In this document: positions 40,801 through 53,994 of the stretch, in pieces | How positions within the stretch are numbered: position 1 is the first letter of the stretch | Layout: each line of letters begins with the position of its first letter | Assembly (NCBI RefSeq): GCF_006345805.1 | Contig: NC_043001.1 | Coordinates: forward strand, 60,140,001 to 60,204,000 | From: Octopus sinensis | Lineage: Eukaryota | DNA: 64,000 bases | Direction: 5' to 3' | Made by a program: the position numbers and the translations under genes | The notes under the pieces: model-generated | Databases searched by the model: none | Seen by the model: the letters and a program-made list of their open reading frames with translations, nothing else | Told to the model about the DNA's origin: nothing

Positions 40801-41532
40801 CGCTGTGTATCAACAATAGAACAATCCTCAAAGAAGTCAAAACAATTTGCTCAAAAATGTCTGCTTAAAACTGCACCTTTGATTTTCAAAATTAGATATG
40901 AAAGTCGTCACTAATCCTGAAGATTCTGATTCACAAACCTTAATATACACTTAGTAAAAAAGAGAAACATTACGTAAAAGGACATGTATCTTATAACTTA
41001 TAAAATTGTAATAGTGGGGTGGACTATTTTTGAATAAAATGAGAAAGGTGCAAGAGTGTTAGTGTGAGGGAATGAGATGGCGTAGGTAAAGTGACTGATA
41101 TCTGGAAAAAGGAGAACAGAGTTGTATAAATGACAAATATGGAGTGATAATCGGATGGCAACGTTAATACAAATGTTATCCAAGGATACAAATGCGCGTG
41201 CTTTCAATAAGTTTACAAGCTAAGTCGTGGAAGACAGACCATAACTAATGAAAACAAAGTTTGCGTGTACGTATGTATGTATGTATGCATACATGTATGT
41301 CACACGCTAAAAAGTTAAAGAAAAGGAAAGATTTAGATCATAGTTTTATTCTATTAACATGTACACACATACAATTATGACATGACGCACAGGGATAGAA
41401 GTAGCTTGATGCTAAAATAACTATACTTGAGATTAAACCAAACTCATTCTTTTTCTCATCACTCTCTCTCTCCTTCTCTCTCCCTCCACACACGTGTTTC
41501 ATATAACGTTCCTTCTCGCACCACCATCTCTC

Positions 41533-41586
<54 letters not shown>

Positions 41587-41864
41587 AATACACATACACA
41601 CAATTTTTCACGCTCTTTAGTGTTTCGTGTTAGCTATTAGGATTACAATTTTTAGTTAGGGTAAGGATTATGTTTAAGCCGAAACTGAAAAAGGATTAAA
41701 ATGGTTTGAATTTGTGTACAACTCTTTTTAGAACTGAACTTGCATATGTTTGGAATTTGGATATCAAGCAGAAATATATTTTTTAAAGAAGAAAAATAAA
41801 ACGTCTTCAAAGTATTCTTAGTGCGAAATTTCGCCGAGAGTTTTTTTGAAAAGATTTACCATAA

Positions 41865-42240
41865 GGCGCAGGAGTGACTGTGTGGTAAGTAGCTTGCTAA
41901 CCAACCACATTGTTCCGGGTTCAGTCCTACTGCGTGGCAACTTGGGCAAGTGTCGTCTGCTATAGCCCAGGGCCGACCAATGCCTTGTGAGTGGATTTGG
42001 TAGACGGAAACTGAAAGAAGCCTGTCGTATATATATATATGTGTGTGTTTGTGTGTCTGCGTTTGTCCCCCTAGCATTGCTTGACAACCGATGCTGGTGT
42101 GTTTAAGTCACCGTCACTTAGACCGATAGAATAAGTACTGGGTTTACAAAGAATAAGTCCCGGGGTCGATTTGCTCTACTAAAGGCGGTGCTCCAGCATG
42201 GCCGCAGTCAAATGACTGAAACAAGTAAAAGAATAAAAGG
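41865..42240 (+). mobile_element. tRNA-derived SINE family B with CORE-like segment, near full length
   Basis: ggcgcaggagtgactgtgtggtaag (A box) ... gggttcagtcc (B box), cttgggcaagt CORE-like motif, internal (TA)(TG) repeat, tail ...gactgaaacaagtaaaagaataaaa. Confidence 0.9.
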
Positions 42241-43149
42241 AAGAATAACAGAATAAAAGTTAAAGAGCATCACGAAATTACGGTTAATTCTCTAAGTCAT
42301 TAGCTCCAGCAACACCGGATGTTTCAGCTAGTTTTTTTTAATATAATTACTCCTCATACCCCAGCCAAAAATGGACACATGCATACATACACATACATGC
42401 GTAGAAATATACACACAAGCATAAGTGTGTATGTGTGTGTGTGTGCGTGTGTGTGTGTGTGTGCGTGTGTGTGTGTGTGTGTGTATAATTATGATATATT
42501 CTGTTAAGAATGTACTAGGGTACAGTATAAAGCTCGTCTAGTATCAGATTTACCCTGTACAGTCCAGTAGGAGAATTATACGCACTTCCAGGTTTGCGTT
42601 TGGGCATCTATCGAATATGAATATATCATTCAAAAACTTGAAGTCAAAAAGTAGGGGCACTGTAGGACATTTATTTTTTAATCCCTACAATTGTCTCCGC
42701 GTAACGTTGTTCTCCAGGAGTGCAGGTACTTGATTATGCAACTGTTCCCATGCAATACGAGATCTAGTTGTGTCTCATCAGGTGATATGTACATAATGTC
42801 TCCGTAAGTTTGAAATTCACGACTTCAATAACATCCGCCCTGTCTGTCGTCGCATGAAATTAATGGTAGCCATCAGGGTGTGTGGTTGCTAAAGGACCTT
42901 ATCGCCTCGTGCCTATATGCTAGCCTTGGCTTTCTGCTGAAGAGGCAACGCCAATCGTAAACAATTTTATTTTATTTACAAAAGTTTGCCGAAACTATGC
43001 ATAGTCCAGAAAGGATAGGGTGAACGTTTTTATTTCTCTTTCCATTTCAAAATTACAACTATTAGAGGTTTGGAGTTTAACTGCTCTTTCTAGTGAGTCC
43101 TATTATGGTCATCTCTTATATGTTGGAATATATATATGTACATGAACAT

Positions 43150-43583
43150 CGAAACAAATATCAATGGAAATAGTAGTTGGGATACCTGTGCCGGTGGAAC
43201 ATAAAAAGCACCATCCGAACGTGACTGTTGCCAGCGCCGCCTCGACTGCCTTCTGTGCCGGTGGCACATAAAAAGCACCATCCGAACGTGGCTGATGCCA
43301 ACGCCGCCTCGACTGGCTTGTGCCGGTGGCACATAAAAAGCACCATCCGAACGTGGCCGATGCCAGACCCTCCCCCCGGCACCTGTGCAGGTGGAACGAA
43401 AAAAGCACCCACTACACTCGCGGAGTGGTTGGCGTTAGGAAGGGCATCCAGCTGTAGAAACACTGCCAGATCAGACTGGAGCCTGGTGCAGCCCCTGGTT
43501 TCCCAGACCCCGGTCGAACCGTCCAACCCGTGCTAGCGCGGAAAACGGACGTTAAACGATGATGATGATGATGATGATGATGA
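43150..43583 (+). mobile_element. Retroposon 3' end with ~66-bp tandem units and a (GAT)n tail (RTE-type 3' end)
   Basis: tgtgccggtggcacataaaaagcacc units at ~43187, 43254, 43319 and 43384; ends ggacgttaaacgat(gat)n. Confidence 0.7.
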
Positions 43584-44109
43584 TATATATATATTTATAT
43601 GTAGAAAAATACAAACTGGGACAAGAACGCAAACCATTTAGAAGACGATACAAAAAACACGGACGAAGCCTTCAATATTCAGTCAAGAACCGGATCATCT
43701 TCGCAATTTCGGCTGATTAATCTTGAGATTGCTCCGATCTGGCCAACCCCAAAGGAAAATCTAAGCCAAGCGCATTAGATTCCTTGGAAGAAAGAGGCTC
43801 ACTAAGAACTCAGAGACACATACACACCTGCAGGCAAGCACACACATACGTATATACACACATTTTCGTATAGGCACGCTCACAAACACACACATCAGTA
43901 TGTGATATATATATGCTTCTGTACGCGCTTGTGTTTAGATCCCCACGCTCATTTAAACACTTTGAACTTGCATATATTTAAATATGTACTAACGACTGTT
44001 AAAAAAATGGATGACGCAGTGGTAGGTGTATATATGTGTGTGCATGTATGCGCGTGTATTTATTCATATAACTACTTATGGATTGTTGGCTATTTTTTCC
44101 TCCGTCTTT

Positions 44110-44290
44110 CTCTTCGCACCAATGTTGGTGTGTTTACCTCCCCTAAACTTAGCGGGTCGGTAGAAATTATCGATAGAATAAGCACCAGAGTTACATAGAA
44201 TAAGTCTAGCGGTCGATTTATTCACCTAACAGGCGGTACTCCAGCATGACTACACTCAAATGAATGAGGCAAGAAGCAGATTAAAAGAGT
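44110..44290 (+). mobile_element. SINE family B 3' fragment
   Basis: cgatagaataag...ggtcgattta...ggcggtactccagcatg; homologous to 42090-42235. Confidence 0.7.
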
Positions 44291-44345
44291 AATATGTGTG
44301 TGTGTGGTGTGTGTGTGTCTGTATATATTATATACATATATAAAC

Positions 44346-44402
<57 letters not shown>

Positions 44403-44689
44403 TATATATAATAATATAAGGATAAAATCTACATAAGATTTATCAAGTATCTACCGTGGAAAACCAATTGAGATTAATACAAATTATATAAGTTAATACA
44501 AGGTATATTATTTTCTCTTAAATATGAAATACAGTATTATATCAACAAAGCCTCACGCTGTCCAACAACTTCAGTAAATATCCACAGGCTTCAAAATCTA
44601 TGAAATGAACATAGGAATTCCTTTAAAAAAGATTTAGTCGTATATGATTAGTGATTTCATGTTCAGTGTGTATTATATGTTGCTCTGTT

Positions 44690-44845
44690 TATATTCCCAG
44701 AACTTAGCGGTTCGGTAAAAGACACTGAAAGAATACGTACAAAGCTAACAAAGAATAAATCCTGTGGTCGATTTGTTCGACCAGTGGCCGTGCTCCAGTG
44801 TGGCCGCAGTCATATGACCGAACCAAGTAAAGCAATAAAAAAAAT
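44690..44845 (+). mobile_element. SINE family B 3' fragment
   Basis: aacttagcggttcgg...ggtcgatttgttcgac...gctccagtgtggccgcagtc. Confidence 0.7.
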
Positions 44846-45000
44846 ATGCCATTTTAATACTGAGCAAAGTCGGGTATCTTTGCTCGTTTTATATATATAT
44901 ATATATATATATATGATTATATAAAAGGACATCAACGGAAATATAGATCTATGATTATATAAAAGGACATCAATCGGAAAATATGACGTACCTATATATA

Positions 45001-46127
45001 TACTTCAAACAAACGAACATATACTGAATACTCAGGCGAACAGAAAAAACACAGGTAACTATTTTTTCGTTGGTAATCAGCCAGAAGGTCAAACGCAGTT
45101 TCACCCATTATCGATGGTATTGATTCCACTCTGAAGGCATCAACAAGAAACTTGCCCGGAGAGGGACCAAAACATAATAAAACGAGACGGGCTCGAGCCA
45201 AGACCGTTAGTGGGCGGACGAGGGACAAAACAATAAATAAAATAAATGTTTAGGGCCACAAGAAGACAACAATTAATAATGACAATACATATACCGCAAA
45301 AGGCCTTGGGGCAGCAAGACAAGACAAAATGCGAAGGAGAAATAATGTCTGTTTTAAAGGACGATAGACACGGGAGCGGTAGAGCGAGGAGCTCAGAAAA
45401 ACCTCTGCAGTGTGGTCAAAGGCAACGCAAAAAAGTATAACACCGTCTTAGGTCGTCCCTGATCACGTGATAGTGGGAGGATGGTAACAGAGGAAGACGT
45501 AAAAAGAGACGGTCAGAAAGAGATGGAGAGAGAAAGAAAATTAAGAGACGCAAAATAAAGGAAAGAGACAGAATTGTGCAAACATATTCCAAGAATATTT
45601 CTACAAATTGGTAAAACATTTTTTATGAGTGCGTGCGTTTCATAAATAATATTTTCAGGATTAGATAAAGAGAGAACAAACGGAATATATGACATTACTC
45701 TCCTCCCACTACCACGTGACCTGTGACGACACAAGGCGCTGATTTTTGCATGTCTATAGTCATTTTTGACAGTTTTCCTTTCTTCTTCGCGTTACCCACT
45801 TTTGTCTTGTCTTGCAGCCCCAAGGCTTTTTCTTGGATATATAGTATCATTATTATTTGTTGTCCTATTGTGGCACTAAGCCTTTATACTGTTTATTGTT
45901 TTATTCTTCGTCAGTCCACTAACACTCGTCTCGAACCCGCCTCGTTTTGTTCTGTTTTGGGCTCATTCTCGGCACGTTTCTTGTCGGTGCCTCCAGAGTG
46001 GAATCACTATTATCGATAATGGTTGAAATTGCGTTTGACCCTCTGGCAGATGACTAACGAAGAAAATGTGACCTTCCGTGTTTTCTCTTCGCCTGTATAT
46101 TTAGAATATGCTCGTTTGTTTATGTAC
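45001..46127. repeat. Large diverged inverted repeat (arms ~45001-45487 and ~45695-46127)
   Basis: Colinear reverse-complement blocks, e.g. ggtcaaacgca/tgcgtttgacc, gattccactctg/cagagtggaatc, gcaagacaagacaaaa/ttttgtcttgtcttgc, tagtgggagga/tcctcccacta. Confidence 0.85.
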
Positions 46128-46170
46128 TGCGCGTTTTTTAAGTGTATATATACATATATAAAAGAATATG

Positions 46171-46202
<32 letters not shown>

Positions 46203-46222
46203 GCATACATACATATATATAT

Positions 46223-46337
<115 letters not shown>

Positions 46338-46424
46338 TATATAATAGTTTTCGTTTGTTGTCGTTTTATTTAATCCTGAAAATATTATTTACGTAACACC
46401 CTCATTCATAGATTTCTTTCTCCC

Positions 46425-46456
<32 letters not shown>

Positions 46457-48379
46457 GTATATATATACAGACGGACACCCCCACACACGGAGCTTATTAA
46501 ATGCTAAATAACTAAGTGCTTGCAGATGTGTAAGTTCAATGTTTACATGTATTTTAGATTTCGTGTAGGTTTAATAAGTTGAATGTTTTTGAATTATTTT
46601 CTTTGCTTATCCACCTATTTGTGCTTGCAGACTGGTGTTTGTATGAGCGTGAGGACGTTCACAGAGGATTCATATGGAGGTTTTTCAACTGAATTGTATT
46701 ATATAATGTGGATACAAGATTTATTATTCATATACAATTTATAACATTGTTTATGAAGAAATTTCCTTTAATTAAACACTTCCGAATACAATGTCGTATA
46801 TTTTTCTTCCAGGTAAAGTTTGTCATACTTTCGAAGAATCTAGTTTGCTTTGTTTTCCTGCTTAGTGAATATGAAGAAAAAATACGCACATATTATAAAA
46901 CCTGAAAAATAAAACAAAATATTAGAAGATACGATTGAAATAATGGTGATATAAAAGTTATAAATGATCAGAAATTACATACAAAACAGTTATTAATATA
47001 TAAACAATAGTATACGGAAATAAGTATAAGAATACCATAAAGAATTTTTATATATAATGAATATGAAAATCATAGTGTGAGAATAAATGTGAGAGAGAAA
47101 AATGAAATAAAAAGTATATAAGAATTCAATGTGTAAATTATAAGCTGAAAATAAAAATAAAGATACATCGATTACGTACGAATGCCAATGAATGCTTAAG
47201 AAATATAAGTATTATACATAATTTTGAACGATCCAAATGAATGAAATAATGCATATTTTAAGAGAACGATTTAGTGAAGAAAAAAGCCAAAATATAAAAA
47301 AGACATCAAACACAAAGGCAATAGTAAAAAGAAGCTGGAATGAAACAAAGAAAGGAAGGAACTTTTGAAGTCGAAACACCTTAACGCTATACTCTTATTA
47401 AGAAATACAACGACAAGCTATATCAGAAGCAACTATCGGTATGAAATGTGTCATACCGCTTCTACTGCTGTGTCTATAAAGATGAGTCATCATTCGAAAT
47501 GAGAAATATTCGATGAAAAGTAGTCATACATCACACACACGCATACACAGTCTCTCTCACGCACACGCACGTATTAGAGGTACATCAATATGTATTTTAA
47601 ACATAGATATTTTACAAGAAATAATGATTCTCATCGTTATTGTGGCCATCATCATCATCATCAACATCATCATCATCATCAACATGATTTTTATCATAAT
47701 ATTGTTGAAAATAAAGATAAATAAAGACGATCGTGATAACCATGAAAATAATCTGCTGCCACAGAACCAGTTAATCAAATATCAGTCGATCGAATCAAAT
47801 TTTAAGTAAAAACAGTTAAAGTAAATAATGTGAGTGTTAAACGTACCAATGAAAGAAAATACAGATACCAAGAGCAGAAGCAAATGTATGTGCTGCAGTG
47901 ATACGAAAACATAAAGGAAAAGGTAGGCTCAGAACATAATTTGGTTAAAAGGGCGAATACTATGAAGATCAGTGACTCTAGGAAATGTATATGGTAAGTG
48001 TTCCACTGGAAGCAGGGTAAATAAGAAAAAGAAGTAAAGTTGCCTAGAGAACATGCACCATGGAAGGAATTGGAATTGGGGCAGTGATACAATGAAAGAA
48101 GAGAGTAATGACTGAAGTCGTTAAAATAAGAAATCACACACACACAAACACACACACACACACAACACACACACACACACACACACACATACACACAAAC
48201 ACCTCATACTATATGATAACCGAAAAGTGTACGGGAAAGATAAGAACCAGGTGAACAAGTTACTGAAAAAATATAAGAACGTTTAGTTACGACTTAGGGA
48301 TGACTTACAGAAGAAAACACTGTGCAATATAAGAGATGGAGCAAGAAAAACACATACAAATGATGGATTTATTCTGCCA

Positions 48380-49520
48380 TTAGATGATATACATCCGTCT
48401 AATGGTGAGGATATAAATCAATTAAGCGTGGAAGAGGAATACATCAATATCTAGAAGTACTGGATGGTGACAGATTGAAAACTGTATAAATGAAGGAAAC
48501 ACGCAGTAAAGAATAATTTCGCAGAATAAAAACGATTTGAAACTCCAAACTGGATGCGAGAAACAACTTGCAAACAATGAATTAAAGGCTGTATTTCCAA
48601 TATAGTGTGAGAAAAATTTAATGGAGAAAGAATGAGCTGAATATTAAAGACAGATAAGTGAGAAAATGATGACAAATCTTACAACGAACAGTAATATGCA
48701 TTCACAATCAGATGCGTGCGCGTACTTAGACGAAAAGCCGTTTGTCCTTACGAGGATAATACATTCAAGGATTTTTATCCGTATGAGGAGAGCCCAAAAG
48801 AGTATACACGAACACGTGGGGGAATGCAGTAAATTTTGAAAGAAAGGGGTGAGGGATATCAAGGACAGGGGACTATAGGTAACGAGTATTGAAGGGATTG
48901 TCTTACCAGCACGAAAATAAATGCCATTGACAAACTGAATCAATAGAATGAATGTTCAGAAGGACATCTCGCATAAATATTCAATGTGCGATAAGTCATA
49001 TGTAAACATAATTAATATCGTATCGGATCCTTCACAGATATCTCTATGAATACAAATTTAAAAGCATGATAGAATTGCTGCAATGATACAGTGAAGTATC
49101 TACAAACAGTTCGTATTTGCTTTCACCAATAAAATCCCCTGAAATACATTATGTGGGAATCAAAATGCAAGCCTCAATATGATAATGTGAGGATACTATG
49201 GGACTTTTCTACAGAAACCGTATAGAAGAGTTGGCTATTCTTAGTCGTTGACAACAACAAAATATATATTTGTTACCACTGTGGCATGCGCTTTGACACC
49301 AACGTAAAAAGACAGGATAAAAATAAATAATGTAGTGTCAAAATTGTAGAATATAATGCCGACATGAAATATAAAATGTTGAAGTGAAGGTTTTGCCGAT
49401 AACATTTTAACCCTGGGTTGAGTGATAAAATATACTTGAAAAAGTTAAAGGTTCAGTAAATATTATCTGGTAACTTCTCACATCAACAGGAGAACTGATA
49501 TCAAACATAGAAAATTTGTT
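48380..49520 (+). pseudogene. Degenerate R4/Dong-like LINE fragment
   Basis: Relic YLEVLD..., KE.FRRIKTI.NSKLDARN-like segments parallel to the 51850-51990 translation; downstream endonuclease-like remnants. Confidence 0.5.
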
Positions 49521-49699
49521 TAAAATATTTTTCATAGAGAATGTTCAAAATAATCCTCTTCCTTGACCATTGTAATTCAATAGGAAGCAAATCAAACCAG
49601 CATAATAACAAATATGTGAAATAACTGATCATAAATAAATTAACAAAAATTAAAATTTTAATATTATTTATGAGGAGTTATATTAGGGGCGATTGCATC

Positions 49700-51550
49700 G
49701 AACACTTTATTCAACTGGTTACTATAAATAAAGATGATAATGATAACCATGTACCTTTCAAAAATTGGGCTAAATGATATAATATATATAGCGGACCCTG
49801 TGGTCACAAAAGAAGCGGAATACCCTTTCAAACTCATCCAAACAGGAGCATCCCTACTCAAATATACCTTGTGGATAAATAATATCCAGAAAAATATAAA
49901 ATAAGAGAAAGGATCAAACAATCCTTAATGAAACAGGTAGACACTCAACACGACTAAGTAACAAAAAGAGAAGGAAAATACTATGTAAATGCCAAATTAT
50001 AGAACAAGGTATAGATGAGAAAAAGAACTGCTAAAGTAAGATATCCTCGCCAAAGCACAAAGAATCAGTCGGTATGAGACGCCAACGCTTCTTTGAACAA
50101 GAAAAACAGTTCAACTCCAACCCCAAAATGATCTGCCAAGAACTTGGCAAAAATAAAATAGAGATCAATAAAGCAACAACAATAGAAAAAGTGGAAGAAT
50201 TTATGAAAGAAATATGGTGGGCGAGGGAAGAACCTCAGAAAAGATCTATCAGAGCACAGCACCTGAACAACTCTGGACCCCTATAACACCTGAAGACGTC
50301 AATCAGGTACTGCAAAAACTAAACAATTGGAAGGCGCTCGAGCACGATAAGAACTTCAACTTCTGGTTGAAATATCTAACAGGAATACATAAAAGCTGGC
50401 TGAGAAATTTAATGAAATACTACCAGAACCAGCGAGAATGCCTGAATGGCATACAGAAGGGAAAACTATCTTATTTCCTAAATCTCATGAAGCGGCAAAC
50501 CCACAACATTACAGACTGATAACTTGTCTCCCTACAATTTATAAAGCCTTTGCTGCAATAATATCGCAGAGAATGAGCAAGCATCTGGAAGAAAACAACC
50601 TGTTTCCAGAAGAGCAGAAAGGATGCTACAAGGGCTCGTATTTCTGCAAAGATCAACTAATAATCAATAAAGCCATAATTGAAGACAGGTGCAGAAAGAA
50701 GAAAGACTTCAGTATAGCCTGATTCGACTACCGAAAGACTTTTAATAGTATTCCCCACACATGGACCCTAGAAACACTAGCCACGAACAAGGTAGCACCA
50801 GTAATATATTGAATACATGAAACATTCCATGTATAAATGGCAGACAGTGCTACAGCTCCGGACAAAAGAGGGACTCAGGAAAGCCAAAGCCATCCCCATT
50901 AGAAAACGAATATTCCAGGAAGACACACTCTCTCCCTTCTTGTTCTGACATGCTAAACAGAAGTGGTCGTGGATATAAATTTTACGACAAAACAATTAGC
51001 TACCTCTTACATATAGATGATTTAAAACTGTACGCTACAAATGATAAAGAGCTAAATAATTTACTTCAGGCATTAAATGGATTTACCAAAGAAATAAACA
51101 TGAAATTTGGTTTAGAATAATGTGCCAGAGCAACCGTGAATAGAGGAATACTAGTTACGAGTACCAACATCACACTAGATAAAGCAAATGAAATAAGAGA
51201 ATTAGACCAAAGCCAAACATACAAATACTTAGGAATCAATAAACTAGATACGTTACAACACACACAAATGAAAGAGTAAATAAGAAAAGAATACTGTAAA
51301 AAAGTTAGATTAATACTGAAAATAGAGCTCAATGCGAAAAACAAGATAATAGGTATGAACACTTTAGCCGTTCCGGTTATAAGTTACAGCTACAATAGTC
51401 TTAACTGGATTCTAAAGGAACCAATCAAAATAGACAGGATAACAAGAAAAATAATGACAGGATTTAGGATGCACCACCCAAATCTGATGTAGAAATTTTA
51501 TATATACAACGTATTGCAGCTAACTTGTACAAATGTAAAGCAAAAGTCAA
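49700..51550 (+). pseudogene. R4/Dong-type (R2-group) non-LTR retrotransposon RT region, older degenerate copy
   Basis: NWKALEHD..NFWLK, EGKTILFPK...YRLITCLPTIYK, PEEQKGC, DYRKTFNSIPH, IFQEDTLSP, SYLLHIDDLKLYA; many stops. Confidence 0.85.
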
Positions 51551-51553
51551 ACG

Positions 51554-51554
<1 letters not shown>

Positions 51555-51628
<74 letters not shown>

Positions 51629-51668
51629 AATAATAATAATGATAATAATGATGATAATAATAATAATG

Positions 51669-51721
<53 letters not shown>
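51555..51721. repeat. (TAA)n microsatellite at the LINE junction
   Basis: Directly visible array. Confidence 0.97.
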
Positions 51722-51722
<1 letters not shown>

Positions 51723-53320
51723 GATATGAAATTTGGAGTAGAAAAATGCGCCAAAGTAACCATGAAAAGAGGAAAACTAGTTAAGAGTAACAACATCACG
51801 CTAGATAAAACCAATGAAATAAAAGAATTAGACCAAAGCCAAACTTACAAATACTTAGAAATCCATGAACTAGATAAGACACAACACACACAATGAAAGA
51901 GAAAATAAAAAAAGAATATTATAGACGAGTTAGATCAATACTAAAAACAGAGCTCAATGCTAAAAACAAGATAATAGGTATCAACACTTTAGCTGTCCCA
52001 GTTATAAGTTACAGCTACAATATCCTTAACTGGACACGAAATGAACTGTCCAAAATAGATAGGAAAACAAGAAAAATACTGACAGGATCTAGGATGCATC
52101 ACCCAAAATCTGACATAGAAAGACTATATATACAACGTATAGAAGGTGGTAGAGGCCTTATACAGCTGGAAAACTACTATAAAATAACCACCATAGGACT
52201 GCAAAAATATCTACTTCAGAAGGAAGGAAAACTGATCCAGATAGCAGCAAAACACGAGCAAAACAAAAAACTGTTCTCAGTATTTAAGGAAGCTGACAAA
52301 TACAAACAAGAAATCATACCACCTAATAAACACGAAGAAGAAGAAGAAGATGATGAAGAAACAACAACAGCTATAAAACAAATGAAATCCAAACTAAAAA
52401 TAGAACAGCAACGAACCATGATAAAACGATGACAAGAAAAGCCCCTTCATGGTAAATACTGCACTAAACTAAACGCAAAAGGAATAGACAAAGAAAAATC
52501 CCAGCAATGGTTGAGAAGCTCAGGACTCAAAGCAGAAACAGAGGGATTTTTAATTGCAGCACAAGACCAAAGCCTCCCCACCAGAAATTACCAAAAACAT
52601 GTAATGAAAAGAAATATAACAAGTAACTGCAGAATATGTGGAGATGGACAAGAAACAATAAATCATATTATCTCTTGCTGCCCAGTCCTGGCTAAAAAGG
52701 AATATATTCACAGACATGACAGAGTTGGAACCTACATACATTGGAAGCTATGCCAACATTATGGAATAACAACAGAAAAAAGATGGTATAGGCACACACC
52801 AGAAAAGGTCACAGAAAACGAGAAAGCAACCATACTCTGGGATATGCCGATACACTCAGATAGAGAAATTAAGGCCAACAGACCAGATATAGTTGTCAGA
52901 GATCATGAAGAAAAAAAATGCTTTCTAATTGATGTATCAATACCGGCAGATGATAACGTGTCTCTAAAAGAAATGGAGAAACTCTTAAAATACAAAGACC
53001 TGGAAATAGAGGTAACTAGAATGTGGAATCTGAAAACAGAAACAATTCCTATCATAGTAGGTGCATTAGGCATGATAAAAAAATATTCAGACAAATACAT
53101 AACAAAAAACACCAGGACTTACAAACACATATAACATACAGAAAATTGCACTACTAGGCACTGCACACATCCTACGCAGAACACTTTCCATACAATAACC
53201 ATCAGAGCATCACAACAAATCACAGCACATACCCAAGGCACACAGAGCTGCGCTCGGTAGTGAAGTGAAAGCACGCTATAAAAATAAAACTACTGAATAA
53301 TAATAATAATAATAATAATA
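51722..53320 (+). mobile_element. 5'-truncated, younger R4/Dong-type LINE with CCHC knuckle, RLE endonuclease, 3' UTR and (AAT)n tail
   Basis: MKFGVEKCAK, HHPKSDIERLY...GGRGL, AAQDQSLPTRNY, CRICGDGQETINHIISCC, YIHRHD, NRPDIVV..FLIDVSIP, K..KYKDL; flanked by (TAA)n on both sides; one stop and two frameshifts. Confidence 0.93.
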
Positions 53321-53737
53321 GTCAGTTGTTTGACCTTAACCAATTGAGCATGTCCCTTAGTGGCTGACGATATGTGCATCTCTGATCACGAGTAGAAGTA
53401 GTGGGGGAGCATCATAGCCATGTGTTGAGAGGGATTCTTTGGGGTTTGAATAGTTCACCTCTGGAAACATGGGTGGTTCTTTCAACATCCTTAAACAACC
53501 CTTATTCAGGGACCGTTTGAGCGGGATGGGCTACTCAACCTGAAGAAAATTCTAACTGGGCCCCACCTGCAAGGTCATGTGCTGTTTATCTTGATATGAG
53601 ATCACCATGTCGCGCACATATGGTTGTGGTGCATGTGCCTGGTGTACCTTTATCAGACGGGTAGTCATGATGGGTATATTGGGCTTCGTATATTTTACCC
53701 CAGTGTCACTTTGATGGCATGAACTGCTCTCTCACTC

Positions 53738-53740
<3 letters not shown>
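53321..53740 (+). mobile_element. Unclassified repeat fragment ending in (AAT)n (probable retroposon 3' end)
   Basis: Lies between two (AAT)n arrays; ends ctgctctctcactc(aat)n; no ORF. Confidence 0.45.
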
Positions 53741-53810
<70 letters not shown>

Positions 53811-53858
53811 TCGAAAAATACCTTAGGAATGAGGACCCAGTTTCGAAATTTCCCCAAG

Positions 53859-53902
53859 ACACTCGATGAAAGCTGGAGGGTATATCGGCCGAAACCTTGT
53901 GT
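53859..53902 (+). ncRNA. Degenerate minimal PLE-type hammerhead motif
   Basis: acac-TCGATGA-a-agctg gagggtatat cggcc-GAAA-cc-tt-gtgt. Stem I acac/gtgt; core mutated from CTGATGA; stem III no longer palindromic. Confidence 0.45.
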
Positions 53903-53994
53903 TAGCAACAAACAAGATGAGGACAAATGTCAATCAATTGTAAATAATGTACTAGGTCGCATCCTCTGTGACTATTTATCTCCAATAAATCTTA

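Noticed and set aside
41865-41935. tRNA gene
   Set aside because: A/B-box-like head of a SINE; no complete cloverleaf, and it continues into the SINE body.
42770-42965. CTGATGA/CTGAAGA-type words with short hairpins (also at 18578 and 34831)
   Set aside because: No correctly placed GAAA or closing stems; expected by chance.
43186-43410. Repeat-spacer-like pattern suggesting a CRISPR array
   Set aside because: The 'spacers' are homologous to each other (a minisatellite), there are no cas genes, and the context is a eukaryotic retroposon.
43610-43800. Possible minus-strand hammerhead relic (ctgaatattgaaggcttcg)
   Set aside because: Core and GAAA are not intact and the stems cannot be assigned.
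45040-45160. Hammerhead-like words within the large inverted repeat arms
   Set aside because: No consistent stem I/III pairing around the putative cores in either arm.
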